Origin: Aulosira sp. ZfuVER01
GTDB lineage: Bacteria > Cyanobacteriota > Cyanobacteriia > Cyanobacteriales > Nostocaceae
Length of the DNA stretch: 64,000 bases
Assembly (NCBI GenBank): GCA_034530615.2
Contig: JAVRCV020000007.1
Span: 32,001 to 96,000 of the forward strand
Direction of reading: 5' to 3'
The notes under the pieces are model-generated. The model saw nothing but the letters and a program-made list of their open reading frames with translations, had not been told where the DNA came from and did not search any database. The translations under genes and the position numbers were made by a program. Shown here piece after piece: positions 10,099 through 18,943 of the stretch (the stretch's first letter is position 1; every line of letters starts with the position of its first letter).

Positions 10099-12441
10099 TT
10101 AAAAAATAAAATCAGCTATATTGACCGCAGTGACTCCTATCAAAGTGATGCTACCACCATTTAAAGAGGTCAGATCTAAAGTTAGATTGCAATTGTTCAG
10201 CGAAGCAAGCTGATCCTTTGCATTAATAACACCATCCCTATTGCTATCCAAAACGCCTTTGGTTAGACCCAGTTGACTGATGTCAATTTTGTCTTGATGT
10301 CGGCAAAAGTCGGTAATTGTGTCGTTACCAAAGTCAGCACTAAAGATGAACCGATCCTTTCCTTCACCACCAGTTAAGCAATCATCACCTCTACCACCTG
10401 TAATTAAATCATCGCCGCAACCGCCACAAATCGTATCATTGCCGTCGAATCCAGATAATGTATCAGCACAATTTCCGCCTTTAATTACATCATCAAACCG
10501 AGTGCCAATAATCGTATCGCTGGCATTGTCACTTCCACGTAAAGTAAAGTCGGGAATTGCCTGAGGAACAATCAAATTTTGAAAAGAAAAATCAAAGTTA
10601 GCTGCTTTTTTCCCAGATGCAAAAGTTACTTCTTTCACATTACTATCAATCGTAATGCTAGAAACTAACCAATTATTTTTATAGCCGCCTAATTCTTGTA
10701 ATCGGGTGTTAATTTTACCATCTTGATTAGAATCTATAATGTTAATGTTGACTCCAGTCGGAACTGTAAAATTAAAAGAATTAAAGGCAGCTTGTAAATC
10801 ACTAAAAGATGAATTTTGAGTTTTGTTATTACTATCAGTTAACGTTACACCTGTATCCGTCACCGAAAGATTCACAAAATTTTTGAGTCCTGGAGAAAAT
10901 TGACCAACTTCAAATGTTAGGTCTTCTGTTTGAATCCCATTATTGAAAGTAAATAAACCGTTAGTATAACGATCGCGGCTATAAACGCCATCTTCAACAA
11001 AAGCCGAAAGCGTGTTGATTACTGCTTGTTCATCTTGAGTATTGGCTAAATTTCCATCAGATCCGAGATTATTCCAAGCTGCTAAATCAGCTAAATATTC
11101 TGGATCGTCACTTTTAACCCACGTCGCTGTAAATCCAGCAATACCTGTATTACCATTAGGTAAGAATTCTGATTGATTAAAGTAGGGATAGCCGAGGCTG
11201 ATAGAGCCAGAATCCGGATCGGGATTAAAGAAAAAAGAGGCGTTTGAATTATTAGGATTATTGAGATTTTCAATCGAATAAACTTTGAATGGCTGTCCGT
11301 TATTTAACGTTCCTTGAAGTTTATAAGTAGAGACATCTAGGCGACTATCAGCTGCAATTGCGCCAGAATTTAGGTTTTCTCCGTTGATAGCAACAACTTC
11401 AGCCTTATTTTGAATATTTAAAAAACCGAAATTTACCCTATCCTGACTTGCATCCTTTTGCACATTATAGTTGAGGAAAAATACTCCGTTAAAAGGAGTT
11501 TCATAATATTCTGGCAGGGCTGAATTTAGATTGCCTGTATTAGGGTCAATTGTTCCTAACCTACCTGTTAAATTAACAGGTGTAATGTAATCGGTACTAA
11601 CTTTAGCATTGACGGTAATAGTTTTCGATGCACCAGGCGCAATTTTGTCAAACAAGACCTCAACTGTTTGCGCGTTGTTATCTGTATCGATGCTCTTACT
11701 ACCATCAAGATTGGCAAAACTGACAAAATCTAAACCAATTGGCAGCTTTTGTCTAAGATCATCAATAATTTTGACGCCTTTTGCATTACTAAAACCATTA
11801 TTGGTGACAGTAATTGTAAAAGTTACTTCATCACCGGGAAGGGCAAAAAACTGATCTGCTTTGCCATCACTGTTATTATCAATCGCTTGTTTAATATTGC
11901 TAAAAGGTTGTTGATTAACTAGGGTAAATTTTGTATCTAAAGCCAGATTCACAACAGGTGCAAGCACACTTGTATAGTCATCTTCATGGGGGTTGTGATT
12001 ATTGACAACTGAATCTGGATCTTTCTGATTGGCGGCAATAATTTCTGCGACATTTTTATAAGCAGAAGCTCTATCTGCTTTCAGAACTGTAGCTGTAATA
12101 GTTAGCGTTGCATCACATCCTGAGGCGATACAACCAACATTCCAAATACCAGTCTTGCTGTCATAATTTCCCACACTAGGTTCAGCACAGACAAAGCTAA
12201 AACCAGAAGGTAGTAAATCTTTGATTTTCACTCCTGTTGCATTGGCTGAACCACTATTCTTCAATGTCAGTGTAAAAGTAGCTTCATCACCTACAAATAG
12301 GGAGGTATCAGATATTGTTTGACTTAGTGATAAATCGGCTAGCAAAGGTTTACACTTGCCTTTATCTCTATCTTTTGATGAGGAATCAAACTTTTTGAAA
12401 CGATGGGATGAATCAGAAAATCTAGAACTTTGATTATTCAT
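10099..12441 (-). CDS. DUF11 repeat + RTX calcium-binding repeat protein
   Basis: Two DUF11-type Ig repeats (ADLSLSQT...FTLTLKNSG..A.GV.I.D.LP), C-terminal GGxGxD nonamers and DFGNDTITDF; start is ATG 12441 or TTG 12468. Confidence 0.8.
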   Translation of the reverse strand: MNNQSSRFSDSSHRFKKFDSSSKDRDKGKCKPLLADLSLSQTISDTSLFVGDEATFTLTLKNSGSANATGVKIKDLLPSGFSFVCAEPSVGNYDSKTGIWNVGCIASGCDATLTITATVLKADRASAYKNVAEIIAANQKDPDSVVNNHNPHEDDYTSVLAPVVNLALDTKFTLVNQQPFSNIKQAIDNNSDGKADQFFALPGDEVTFTITVTNNGFSNAKGVKIIDDLRQKLPIGLDFVSFANLDGSKSIDTDNNAQTVEVLFDKIAPGASKTITVNAKVSTDYITPVNLTGRLGTIDPNTGNLNSALPEYYETPFNGVFFLNYNVQKDASQDRVNFGFLNIQNKAEVVAINGENLNSGAIAADSRLDVSTYKLQGTLNNGQPFKVYSIENLNNPNNSNASFFFNPDPDSGSISLGYPYFNQSEFLPNGNTGIAGFTATWVKSDDPEYLADLAAWNNLGSDGNLANTQDEQAVINTLSAFVEDGVYSRDRYTNGLFTFNNGIQTEDLTFEVGQFSPGLKNFVNLSVTDTGVTLTDSNNKTQNSSFSDLQAAFNSFNFTVPTGVNINIIDSNQDGKINTRLQELGGYKNNWLVSSITIDSNVKEVTFASGKKAANFDFSFQNLIVPQAIPDFTLRGSDNASDTIIGTRFDDVIKGGNCADTLSGFDGNDTICGGCGDDLITGGRGDDCLTGGEGKDRFIFSADFGNDTITDFCRHQDKIDISQLGLTKGVLDSNRDGVINAKDQLASLNNCNLTLDLTSLNGGSITLIGVTAVNIADFIF

Positions 12442-13278
12442 AAGAAAAGTTGAGTTAGTCAGCGTCAATATTTCCCAGCCTAAAGCATGAAAATGTTAAA
12501 ACTTTAAAGGTGATACCCTTCACCCTTGATAAATGAACCTACAGAATCGCGCTTACACAAGCAAAAGCTAGCTACTCTGTGCTTTGTATTACTTAGTTTG
12601 GAAATACCGAATTTTTTGTTATTTCCTGCAAGGTTAAAAGAGTTTGATCGGGAGCAAATTATATTCGCCTATAGTTGGCAAATATCTGCTTACTTGAATG
12701 TTAATAACCTTACTTTTTAAATATGCTCTAAAACTTCTAGTGATACATCAATAGAAATCTTTGACAAGAGAATACATACAAATCCTCAAAATCTTGGACA
12801 TATACATGGCTTTATATGAAGTTTTGCATTCATAATAGGCATCCAAAAGATATTCTTTTTAGTTATTAAAGCACAATGTAATTAAATTATAAAAATCTAA
12901 GTAATATCTTTAAAGAAACTGTCTAGGAAGATGTTCTATAAATAAATTGTTAAGTAGCTAGTCTTTGCAGCACAAGTATGTATACAAAATTATTGTTAGC
13001 TTGAAAATACCTCAGAGGCTTATACTGCAAGGTTAAAGTGTAAAATTAATTTTGCTGAGATACTAAATCTCTTATTTTATTTTGCAGATAGAAAAAATGA
13101 TGTTCTTATTTAAATCTTCATAATTACGAAATCAGTGCTGAGTAATCGACGTTAATATCAACGGAAGCTGACTCAACAATATTGAGATAAGAATAATTAA
13201 CCACCGATACACGCCGATAAATCGAAATGTTTAATAAATATCTATGAGGGTCAAGAGTCAAAATTCCACCAGTTTTTT

Positions 13279-13363
13279 GTGAGCGATCGCTTAGGATGCA
13301 AAAGATTGGGAAGCGTTTTGTCTCCTTGTTAGGTAGGGTATTTATTCACGCAAAGACGTAGAG
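13279..13363 (+). repeat. Direct repeat copy 1 (HIP1-headed, about 85 bp)
   Basis: GTGAGCGATCGCTT...AAAGATTGGGAAGCGTTTTGTCTCC...TCACGCA.AGACG.AGAGA; 25-bp core identical to 14050-14074. Confidence 0.85.
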
Positions 13364-13455
13364 AATTGCCTCAACTTTTGGGCAAGCAACTCATATTTTG
13401 CTCCGATTGGTTGCCTTACAATAGACTCTAAACACTTGAAGTTGCAAAGCAGGCG

Positions 13456-13733
13456 ATGAATAGTACCGACAATTCCCCAATCGATTATAGGTCGTCAGAA
13501 GATGTGGTATCTGTGATAGAACTACAGCGCCAGCTTAATGAGTTACTCAAGCAATTATCGCCGGAGCGATTACAGGTGCTTACTGATTTTGCGGCTTACT
13601 TAGCAAATGCTGAAAGCGAAGCTGCAACCCAAGAAATTTAGCAATTCCTGGCTTACTAGAGCGAATTAAGCAAAATCAAGCAACCTCTAAAACCGATTAC
13701 ACAAACTGGAGAAATCTTCGCTCTGATGTATGA
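13456..13733 (+). pseudogene. Frameshifted antitoxin of a RelE-type pair
   Basis: ORF stops at 13641 (QEI*); restoring one base near 13637 continues as LAIPGLLERIKQNQATSKTDYTNWRNLRSDV* to 13733, overlapping the toxin ATG. Confidence 0.75.
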
Positions 13734-13989
13734 AGTTCTTCTGCATCCTGATGCCTAAAAGGTTTATATTAATGCTGACAAAGCCCTAGCGAAGAAAATT
13801 GCCCGATGTTTGCAGCAGCTAGAGCAAACTCCCCAGTCGCACCCCAACATCAAAGCTCTCAAGGGAGATTATGCAGGGTACTATCGTTACCGAATCGGGG
13901 ACTACAGGGTAATCTATTCGATAAACGATGAACTGATGCAAGTATTTGTTGTGGCGATCGCTCATCGCAGTGAAGCGTATCAGCCGTGA
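13726..13989 (+). pseudogene. relE: RelE/ParE-family toxin with premature stop
   Basis: MYEVLLHPDA*KVYIN...HPNIKALKGDYAGYYRYRIGDYRVIY...VVAIAHRSEAYQP*; TAA at 13756-13758; YRIGDYRVIY is the RelE signature. Confidence 0.85.
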
Positions 13990-14027
13990 AGATGAGTTTG
14001 TAAGAGCTATGCTAACAACTCTAAGAA

Positions 14028-14110
14028 GTGAGCGATCGCTTGAGGCGTGAAAGATTGGGAAGCGTTTTGTCTCCGTTTTAGGGAGAGTAACTCACGCAGA
14101 GACGCAGAGA
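14028..14110 (+). repeat. Direct repeat copy 2 (HIP1-headed), ending in ACGCAGAG octamers
   Basis: Matches 13279-13363. Confidence 0.85.
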
Positions 14111-14123
14111 CGCAGAGAGAAGA

Positions 14124-14348
14124 TTAGGAGAAGGCTAACCGTTGTTTAACCTCTTCCCAACTATAACCATTTGCGGGGTTTTTCTGGTAATTTTCTAAAC
14201 GTCGATCTAGTTCCTTTTGTTGCGCTTGACTTAAGGGAAGTTGCTCTTGCTGTTCTAAAATGCTGTTCCATAAATCTTCAGCAAGTTGGATACGTTCTGC
14301 AACGCTGAGTTCATAAATGTCAACTTTCAAGAGGGGATGGGAACTCAT
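14124..14348 (-). CDS. Putative addiction-module component (TIGR02574-type antitoxin), no adjacent toxin
   Basis: LSVAERIQLAEDLWNSI...ELDRRL...SWEEVKQRL. Confidence 0.85.
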   Translation of the reverse strand: MSSHPLLKVDIYELSVAERIQLAEDLWNSILEQQEQLPLSQAQQKELDRRLENYQKNPANGYSWEEVKQRLAFS

Positions 14349-14514
14349 GATGACAGAGTTAGAGTTTAGCTTTTACTCAATATTACAGCATTGCCGCTTG
14401 AGGTCGTGGGAAGGTGGTTGGCGCTCGCATAACCCTTTAGACAAGCAAATAATCTTTGTCGGTGATAGGTTGTCTTACAATATACACTAAACCTTGAATT
14501 TGCTCTCTTAGGCG

Positions 14515-14631
14515 ATGAATACTACAGATAATTTTCCACTGGAGGATAAACAGTCTGTGGTTTTGGTATCTGTGACAGAATTACAGCGACAGCTTAATGA
14601 CTTACTTCAGTAAGTATCGCTAGAGCGATTA
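14515..14631 (+). pseudogene. Truncated second copy of the 13456 antitoxin
   Basis: MNTTDNFPLEDKQSVVLVSVTELQRQLNDLLQ*VSLERL versus MNSTDNSPIDYRSSEDVVSVIELQRQLNELLKQLSPERL; the upstream region (14440-14514) also resembles 13381-13455. Confidence 0.8.
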
Positions 14632-14659
14632 ATGGTAGCCAAACTTATGGGAAAAGTGT

Positions 14660-16051
14660 ATGTCCAGTGAAAAGAAAAAGCCGGATAGCGAATTTGATAT
14701 TTTCATTGCTAACTCTGTTTATCCAGATGTCGCCCCCATATTTACATATAGTCCAAAGTCACTTGATACGATCAAAGACGACTGTTTTATAGTAATTGAT
14801 ACAAATGCATTGCTTGTCCCTTACAGTATTGGTAAGGAAAGCCTTGAACAAATTCAAATAACTTATGAAAAGCTTGTAGGTGAAAAAAGATTATTGATCC
14901 CAGCCCAAGTTGTAAGAGAGTTTGCCCGAAACAGAGCTAATAAGCTTACTGAACTATTTCAACAATTGAATCGCAAAAGAAATAACTCTCAAGGTTTACA
15001 AAAAGGTAAATATCCTTTACTGGAGTCCCTTCCAGAGTATCAAGAATCAGTACGACTTGAAGGTGAAATAGATAAATTATTGCATCAATATAGGGAATCA
15101 CTTGGCAAGGTGTTAGATCATGTCCGCAATTGGGCTTGGAATGATCCCGTTAGTATTTTATATAGTAAGCTTTTCACTCAAGATGTTGTTTTTGATTACA
15201 ATTTAGAAAAACCCTTTATACAAGATGATTTGAATCGGCGGCAGCTTCATAACTTGCCTCCGGGTTATAAGGATGCTGGAAAACAGGATGAAGGGATAGG
15301 AGATCTTCTCATATGGCATACCATACTTGAAATAGGTAGGACTCATAAAAAAAGTGTAATTTTTGTGTCAGGTGATGAAAAAGCAGACTGGTGGCATAGA
15401 AGTGAAAGCCAAGCTCTCTATCCACGATATGAATTAGTGGATGAGTTTCGTAGAAATTCTGAGGGGCAATCGTTCCATATTATTGCCTTCTCTCGACTTC
15501 TAAATCTTTATGGAGCTAGTGATAAAGTAGTTCAAGAAGTTCGCAAAGAAGAAGTTTTTACACGAGGGGATGAAATTAGATCTGCACAAGCTATCAGAAG
15601 TTCTTTTGACGAACTAATAAGAAAAGAGGTAGTAGCAGTATTAGCCATTCAAAGTTGGTTGAAAACTACTTATGCTATTAATGAGATATATGTAGGGACT
15701 GATCAACTTAGGTTTCTATTAAAAGATAGCCGTGTACCTGCCGATATAGCTTTTGTTGATGATTCACAAAATATTACAGCAGTGGAAGTAATGTTTATGG
15801 ATATTGACAGGGTTCAATCACCAACGCTGCGTATGAGATTAAGAGATAGAAGTCTTTCAGGCTATTACGCAGTCAGTGAAGGCAAGATAAGTACCTATAT
15901 GATTGTAGTTGTAGGAGATAGTGAAGAAACTGTTATTGAAGCAGCAACTAAGTTGGACAGGTCTAGTTCAAGGATTGCAAAAGTATCCTATATATTAGGA
16001 TATCTTGATCAAGATGGTGAGTTTCAAAAGGTATTTAGTGAAACAGACTAA
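14660..16051 (+). CDS. PIN-like (PIN_8/DUF4935-type) domain protein with extra C-terminal domain
   Basis: IVIDTNALL, EFARNR, PPGYKDAGK, GDLLIW and IFVSGDEKADWW motifs. Confidence 0.8.
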   Translation: MSSEKKKPDSEFDIFIANSVYPDVAPIFTYSPKSLDTIKDDCFIVIDTNALLVPYSIGKESLEQIQITYEKLVGEKRLLIPAQVVREFARNRANKLTELFQQLNRKRNNSQGLQKGKYPLLESLPEYQESVRLEGEIDKLLHQYRESLGKVLDHVRNWAWNDPVSILYSKLFTQDVVFDYNLEKPFIQDDLNRRQLHNLPPGYKDAGKQDEGIGDLLIWHTILEIGRTHKKSVIFVSGDEKADWWHRSESQALYPRYELVDEFRRNSEGQSFHIIAFSRLLNLYGASDKVVQEVRKEEVFTRGDEIRSAQAIRSSFDELIRKEVVAVLAIQSWLKTTYAINEIYVGTDQLRFLLKDSRVPADIAFVDDSQNITAVEVMFMDIDRVQSPTLRMRLRDRSLSGYYAVSEGKISTYMIVVVGDSEETVIEAATKLDRSSSRIAKVSYILGYLDQDGEFQKVFSETD

Positions 16052-16080
16052 CTTAAAATATGCTGTAAATAATTTTTTCT

Positions 16081-16500
16081 ATGAACCAATTCAATTATAT
16101 TTTTAAACAAAATTTGAGGAATAAAATCAATAATCAAATTCTGGAGCATCCTTTTACAGATTATTGGGATATTTTTGTTCTTAAACATCAACATCCAATT
16201 AATATTTCTCTCCATATTGTAGGAATATTCTTTTTTTACGGATTGCTCTTTTCTGCTTGTAAGGTACAAAATTTCTGGTTACTCTTGGGCTTGCCATTAA
16301 CTCAGTTAATTGGATTAACTGGACATTTTTTATTTGAGCGTAGCTATATAGATTTACAAGATGCTGTGTTTTCTTGGCGGGCTTCTTACTGTTTAGGTCG
16401 AATGTTACTGAGGGTTGTAATGGGGAAATATCAAGATGACATTCGCCAACGCCAAGAGATATTAAATAATTATCAATCAAGTAAGTATGCAAATATTTAA
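16081..16500 (+). CDS. DUF962/Mpo1-like membrane protein
   Basis: HQHPINISLHIVG and QLIGLTGHFLFE His motifs with hydrophobic helices; overlaps the next gene's start. Confidence 0.75.
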   Translation: MNQFNYIFKQNLRNKINNQILEHPFTDYWDIFVLKHQHPINISLHIVGIFFFYGLLFSACKVQNFWLLLGLPLTQLIGLTGHFLFERSYIDLQDAVFSWRASYCLGRMLLRVVMGKYQDDIRQRQEILNNYQSSKYANI

Positions 16501-17515
16501 TAATTGGAATGTAGTTGCTAAGGGTTGGTATATTGCCTGTTCTAGTAACGACTTACCTAAAAGCAAAGCAAAATCTATAGAAATTTGCGGTCAAAGAATT
16601 GTCATCTTTCGGGGTGAAGATGGACTAGTACGTGCTTTAGATGCTTACTGTCCTCATTTGGGAACAGATTTAGGAATTGGACAGGTTGATGGTAATTGGA
16701 TTCGTTGTGCATTTCATCAATGGGCGTTTGATGAAACAGGATTATGCCAAAATATTCCCTGTCAATCAGAAATTCCGGCTAAAGCGAAAGTACAAGCTTA
16801 TGCAACAGCAGAAAAGTATGGGTTTATCTGGATTTATCCTGATGCGGTAGCGCCTGAAGGGGTGGCTGATTTTGATGAATTAAAGGGTAAAGAAATTATT
16901 GCACAACCTGATACGGCATTTGAAAGAAGTTGTCATCACCATATTTGTATGATGAATGGTATTGATGCCCAACATTTAAAAACAATTCATCGTTTAGATA
17001 TCAAAATGGATTTGTCGCTACATCGCAGCGAATTAGGTACACAAATTGACTTTACAATGCGGGGGCAATTTCCTCAAACAACTTGGCGAGAAAGGTTAGG
17101 GCAAAGATTTTTGGGTTCTACCTATGAGTATTCTATGCGCTATGCTCATGGTTGCATTGGCTTATTAACAATGATGAAAAAAGTGCGGCTTTTCCCACCG
17201 TTGCACATGATTTATGCTTACACTCCAATTGCGCCAGGAAGAACGCGCATTCAACCAATTTATGTATCAGAAAAACGTAAAGGAATTGGAGGATATTTGC
17301 TGAGTAAGTTTTTGCTAATCTGTACTCGGTTGGCTTACTATATGCTCAGAGATGAAGATGGCAAGATTTACGATAATATTCGCTTTAATACAAACTTACT
17401 CCTGAGTATTGATACGCCATTAGCTAAATATATGGAGTATGTAAATCAGTTAGAACCTTCTCGGTGGTCACAAAAGATAGTAAATGCTTTTACATCTGAG
17501 CATAGTGAAGCATAA
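16487..17515 (+). CDS. Rieske non-heme iron oxygenase (alpha subunit)
   Basis: CPHLG...CAFH Rieske ligands; NGIDAQHLKTIH mononuclear Fe motif; C-terminal DEDGKIY. Confidence 0.9.
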   Translation: MQIFNNWNVVAKGWYIACSSNDLPKSKAKSIEICGQRIVIFRGEDGLVRALDAYCPHLGTDLGIGQVDGNWIRCAFHQWAFDETGLCQNIPCQSEIPAKAKVQAYATAEKYGFIWIYPDAVAPEGVADFDELKGKEIIAQPDTAFERSCHHHICMMNGIDAQHLKTIHRLDIKMDLSLHRSELGTQIDFTMRGQFPQTTWRERLGQRFLGSTYEYSMRYAHGCIGLLTMMKKVRLFPPLHMIYAYTPIAPGRTRIQPIYVSEKRKGIGGYLLSKFLLICTRLAYYMLRDEDGKIYDNIRFNTNLLLSIDTPLAKYMEYVNQLEPSRWSQKIVNAFTSEHSEA

Positions 17516-17564
17516 CCCAACATTTAGAATTAGTGTTTATTGGGTTTACTAACGTAAATATACC

Positions 17565-17894
17565 CTAGAAGCGATCGCACTCTATTTCAATCTCTTGAAA
17601 GTCATAATAAATTGAGTCTTCTCTCGCAAAATTATCTTCATCTAAGTAAAGCAAATAATGTTGTTGATATTCGCTAAGAAATCTGTGTACTGCTGGCAAA
17701 ATCTGCTTGATTAGCCAAGGAGAACTTTCATCTGATGGTGGCTGCCAGTACTTTTCTGCATGAAAAACCTGCTCTGCTGAAATTCTTTCACCTTTATCAA
17801 TAATGCCAGGATTTTCCAGTAGCCAATAAGCCCATCGATATCCTGCATCAATATATTTTTTGCAGTCTAAACAAGCAAAATAGCAACAATTCAT
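17565..17894 (-). CDS. Hypothetical protein with N-terminal CxxC
   Basis: 109-aa ORF filling the gap, CLDC motif, plausible composition. Confidence 0.55.
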   Translation of the reverse strand: MNCCYFACLDCKKYIDAGYRWAYWLLENPGIIDKGERISAEQVFHAEKYWQPPSDESSPWLIKQILPAVHRFLSEYQQHYLLYLDEDNFAREDSIYYDFQEIEIECDRF

Positions 17895-17915
17895 AAAGTT
17901 AATAAAATTAAACTT

Positions 17916-17992
17916 TAGGGTGTATTATCACTTTAGTGCAATGCACCATCAAAAATTCAAGGTGCGTTAGCCTTTGGCATAACACACCCTAC
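17916..17992. repeat. Cyanobacterial REP-like palindromic element
   Basis: TAGGGTGTATTAT...ATAACACACCCTA outer arms and AATGCACC/GGTGCGTT inner arms; related half copy at 20814-20844. Confidence 0.7.
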
Positions 17993-18177
17993 TTTTAATG
18001 TCTAAATTCTTCTTCAATAACTACGGTTTGTCGAGTATCATTAAAGTACTAATAAGTAATAAGTATTGTAAATAACCATTCTGAGATCTGTCACATTACT
18101 CCGTAACAACACTAATTTGCTAGATAAAGTGTTAATACAAAACATCTATTAATCAGATTTTAGGTAAATTCCACATA

Positions 18178-18918
18178 ATGAAGAGTTGGCTGGTTCCTGT
18201 TCAAAAGCTGCAACCAAGCGATCGCATGGCCATGTATGCATTGCTAAATAATCACTTTAAAGGTGTAACCTGGGATGTATTCCAGGCGGATCTAAAGCGC
18301 AAAAACTGGGTGTTGTTGTTGAGAGAAGAAATAACTAATACGCTCAAAGGCTTTTCTACCCTGATGTTGTGTCAGACGAATTTTGCTGGAGAGAAGATTA
18401 CTGTAGTTTATTCTGGCGATACGATTGTCGATCCCAGTGCTTGGTCAAGTACAACACTACCGCGAACTTGGATAGCCGCAGTCAATTTTCTGCGCGAGTA
18501 TTATGCGAACGATAAAATGTACTGGCTGCTAATTTGCTCTGGTTTTCGTACCTATCGCTTTCTCCCTACATTTTGGCAAGAGTTTTACCCCCGCCATGAT
18601 GTAGCAACACCTGCGAATGTTGCGAATTTGATGGCAAATCTGGCACAGGAATACTATGGTGATGCTTACCAAGAAGCAACTGGTATCGTCCGCTTTCAAC
18701 ATCCGCAAATTCTGCGGGAAGGTTTAATAGAAATCCCCACAGGAAAACAAACTAATCCCCATATCCAATTTTTCGAGGAAAAAAACCCAGGCTATCAACT
18801 TGGTGATGAATTGGTTTGTTTAACTGAAATTCGGTATGAGAATCTCACCCGCGCTGGACAAAGAATGTGGCAGTCAGAATCGTTGTTAGAATTTGTGCAA
18901 GATTCTGTACCGATCTAA
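18178..18918 (+). CDS. Uncharacterised protein, probable GNAT-like acyltransferase fold
   Basis: LKGFSTL...VVYSGDTIVDPSAW...YWLLICSGFRTYRFLP pattern; C-terminal NPGYQLGDELVCL. Confidence 0.6.
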   Translation: MKSWLVPVQKLQPSDRMAMYALLNNHFKGVTWDVFQADLKRKNWVLLLREEITNTLKGFSTLMLCQTNFAGEKITVVYSGDTIVDPSAWSSTTLPRTWIAAVNFLREYYANDKMYWLLICSGFRTYRFLPTFWQEFYPRHDVATPANVANLMANLAQEYYGDAYQEATGIVRFQHPQILREGLIEIPTGKQTNPHIQFFEEKNPGYQLGDELVCLTEIRYENLTRAGQRMWQSESLLEFVQDSVPI

Positions 18919-18943
18919 AACCTATACGTCCATCAACTTGTGT

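Noticed and set aside
6870..11854. Many antisense or alternative-frame ORFs within the haemagglutinin and RTX genes (similar ones occur in SulP, frt, uvrA, the kinase and purL)
   Set aside because: Shadow ORFs produced by codon bias of the real genes
12470..13278. Long AT-rich gap and the 64-aa ORF at 12526 as a hidden gene or RNA
   Set aside because: No convincing ORF, stable structure or known motif; treated as the upstream region of the secretion cassette
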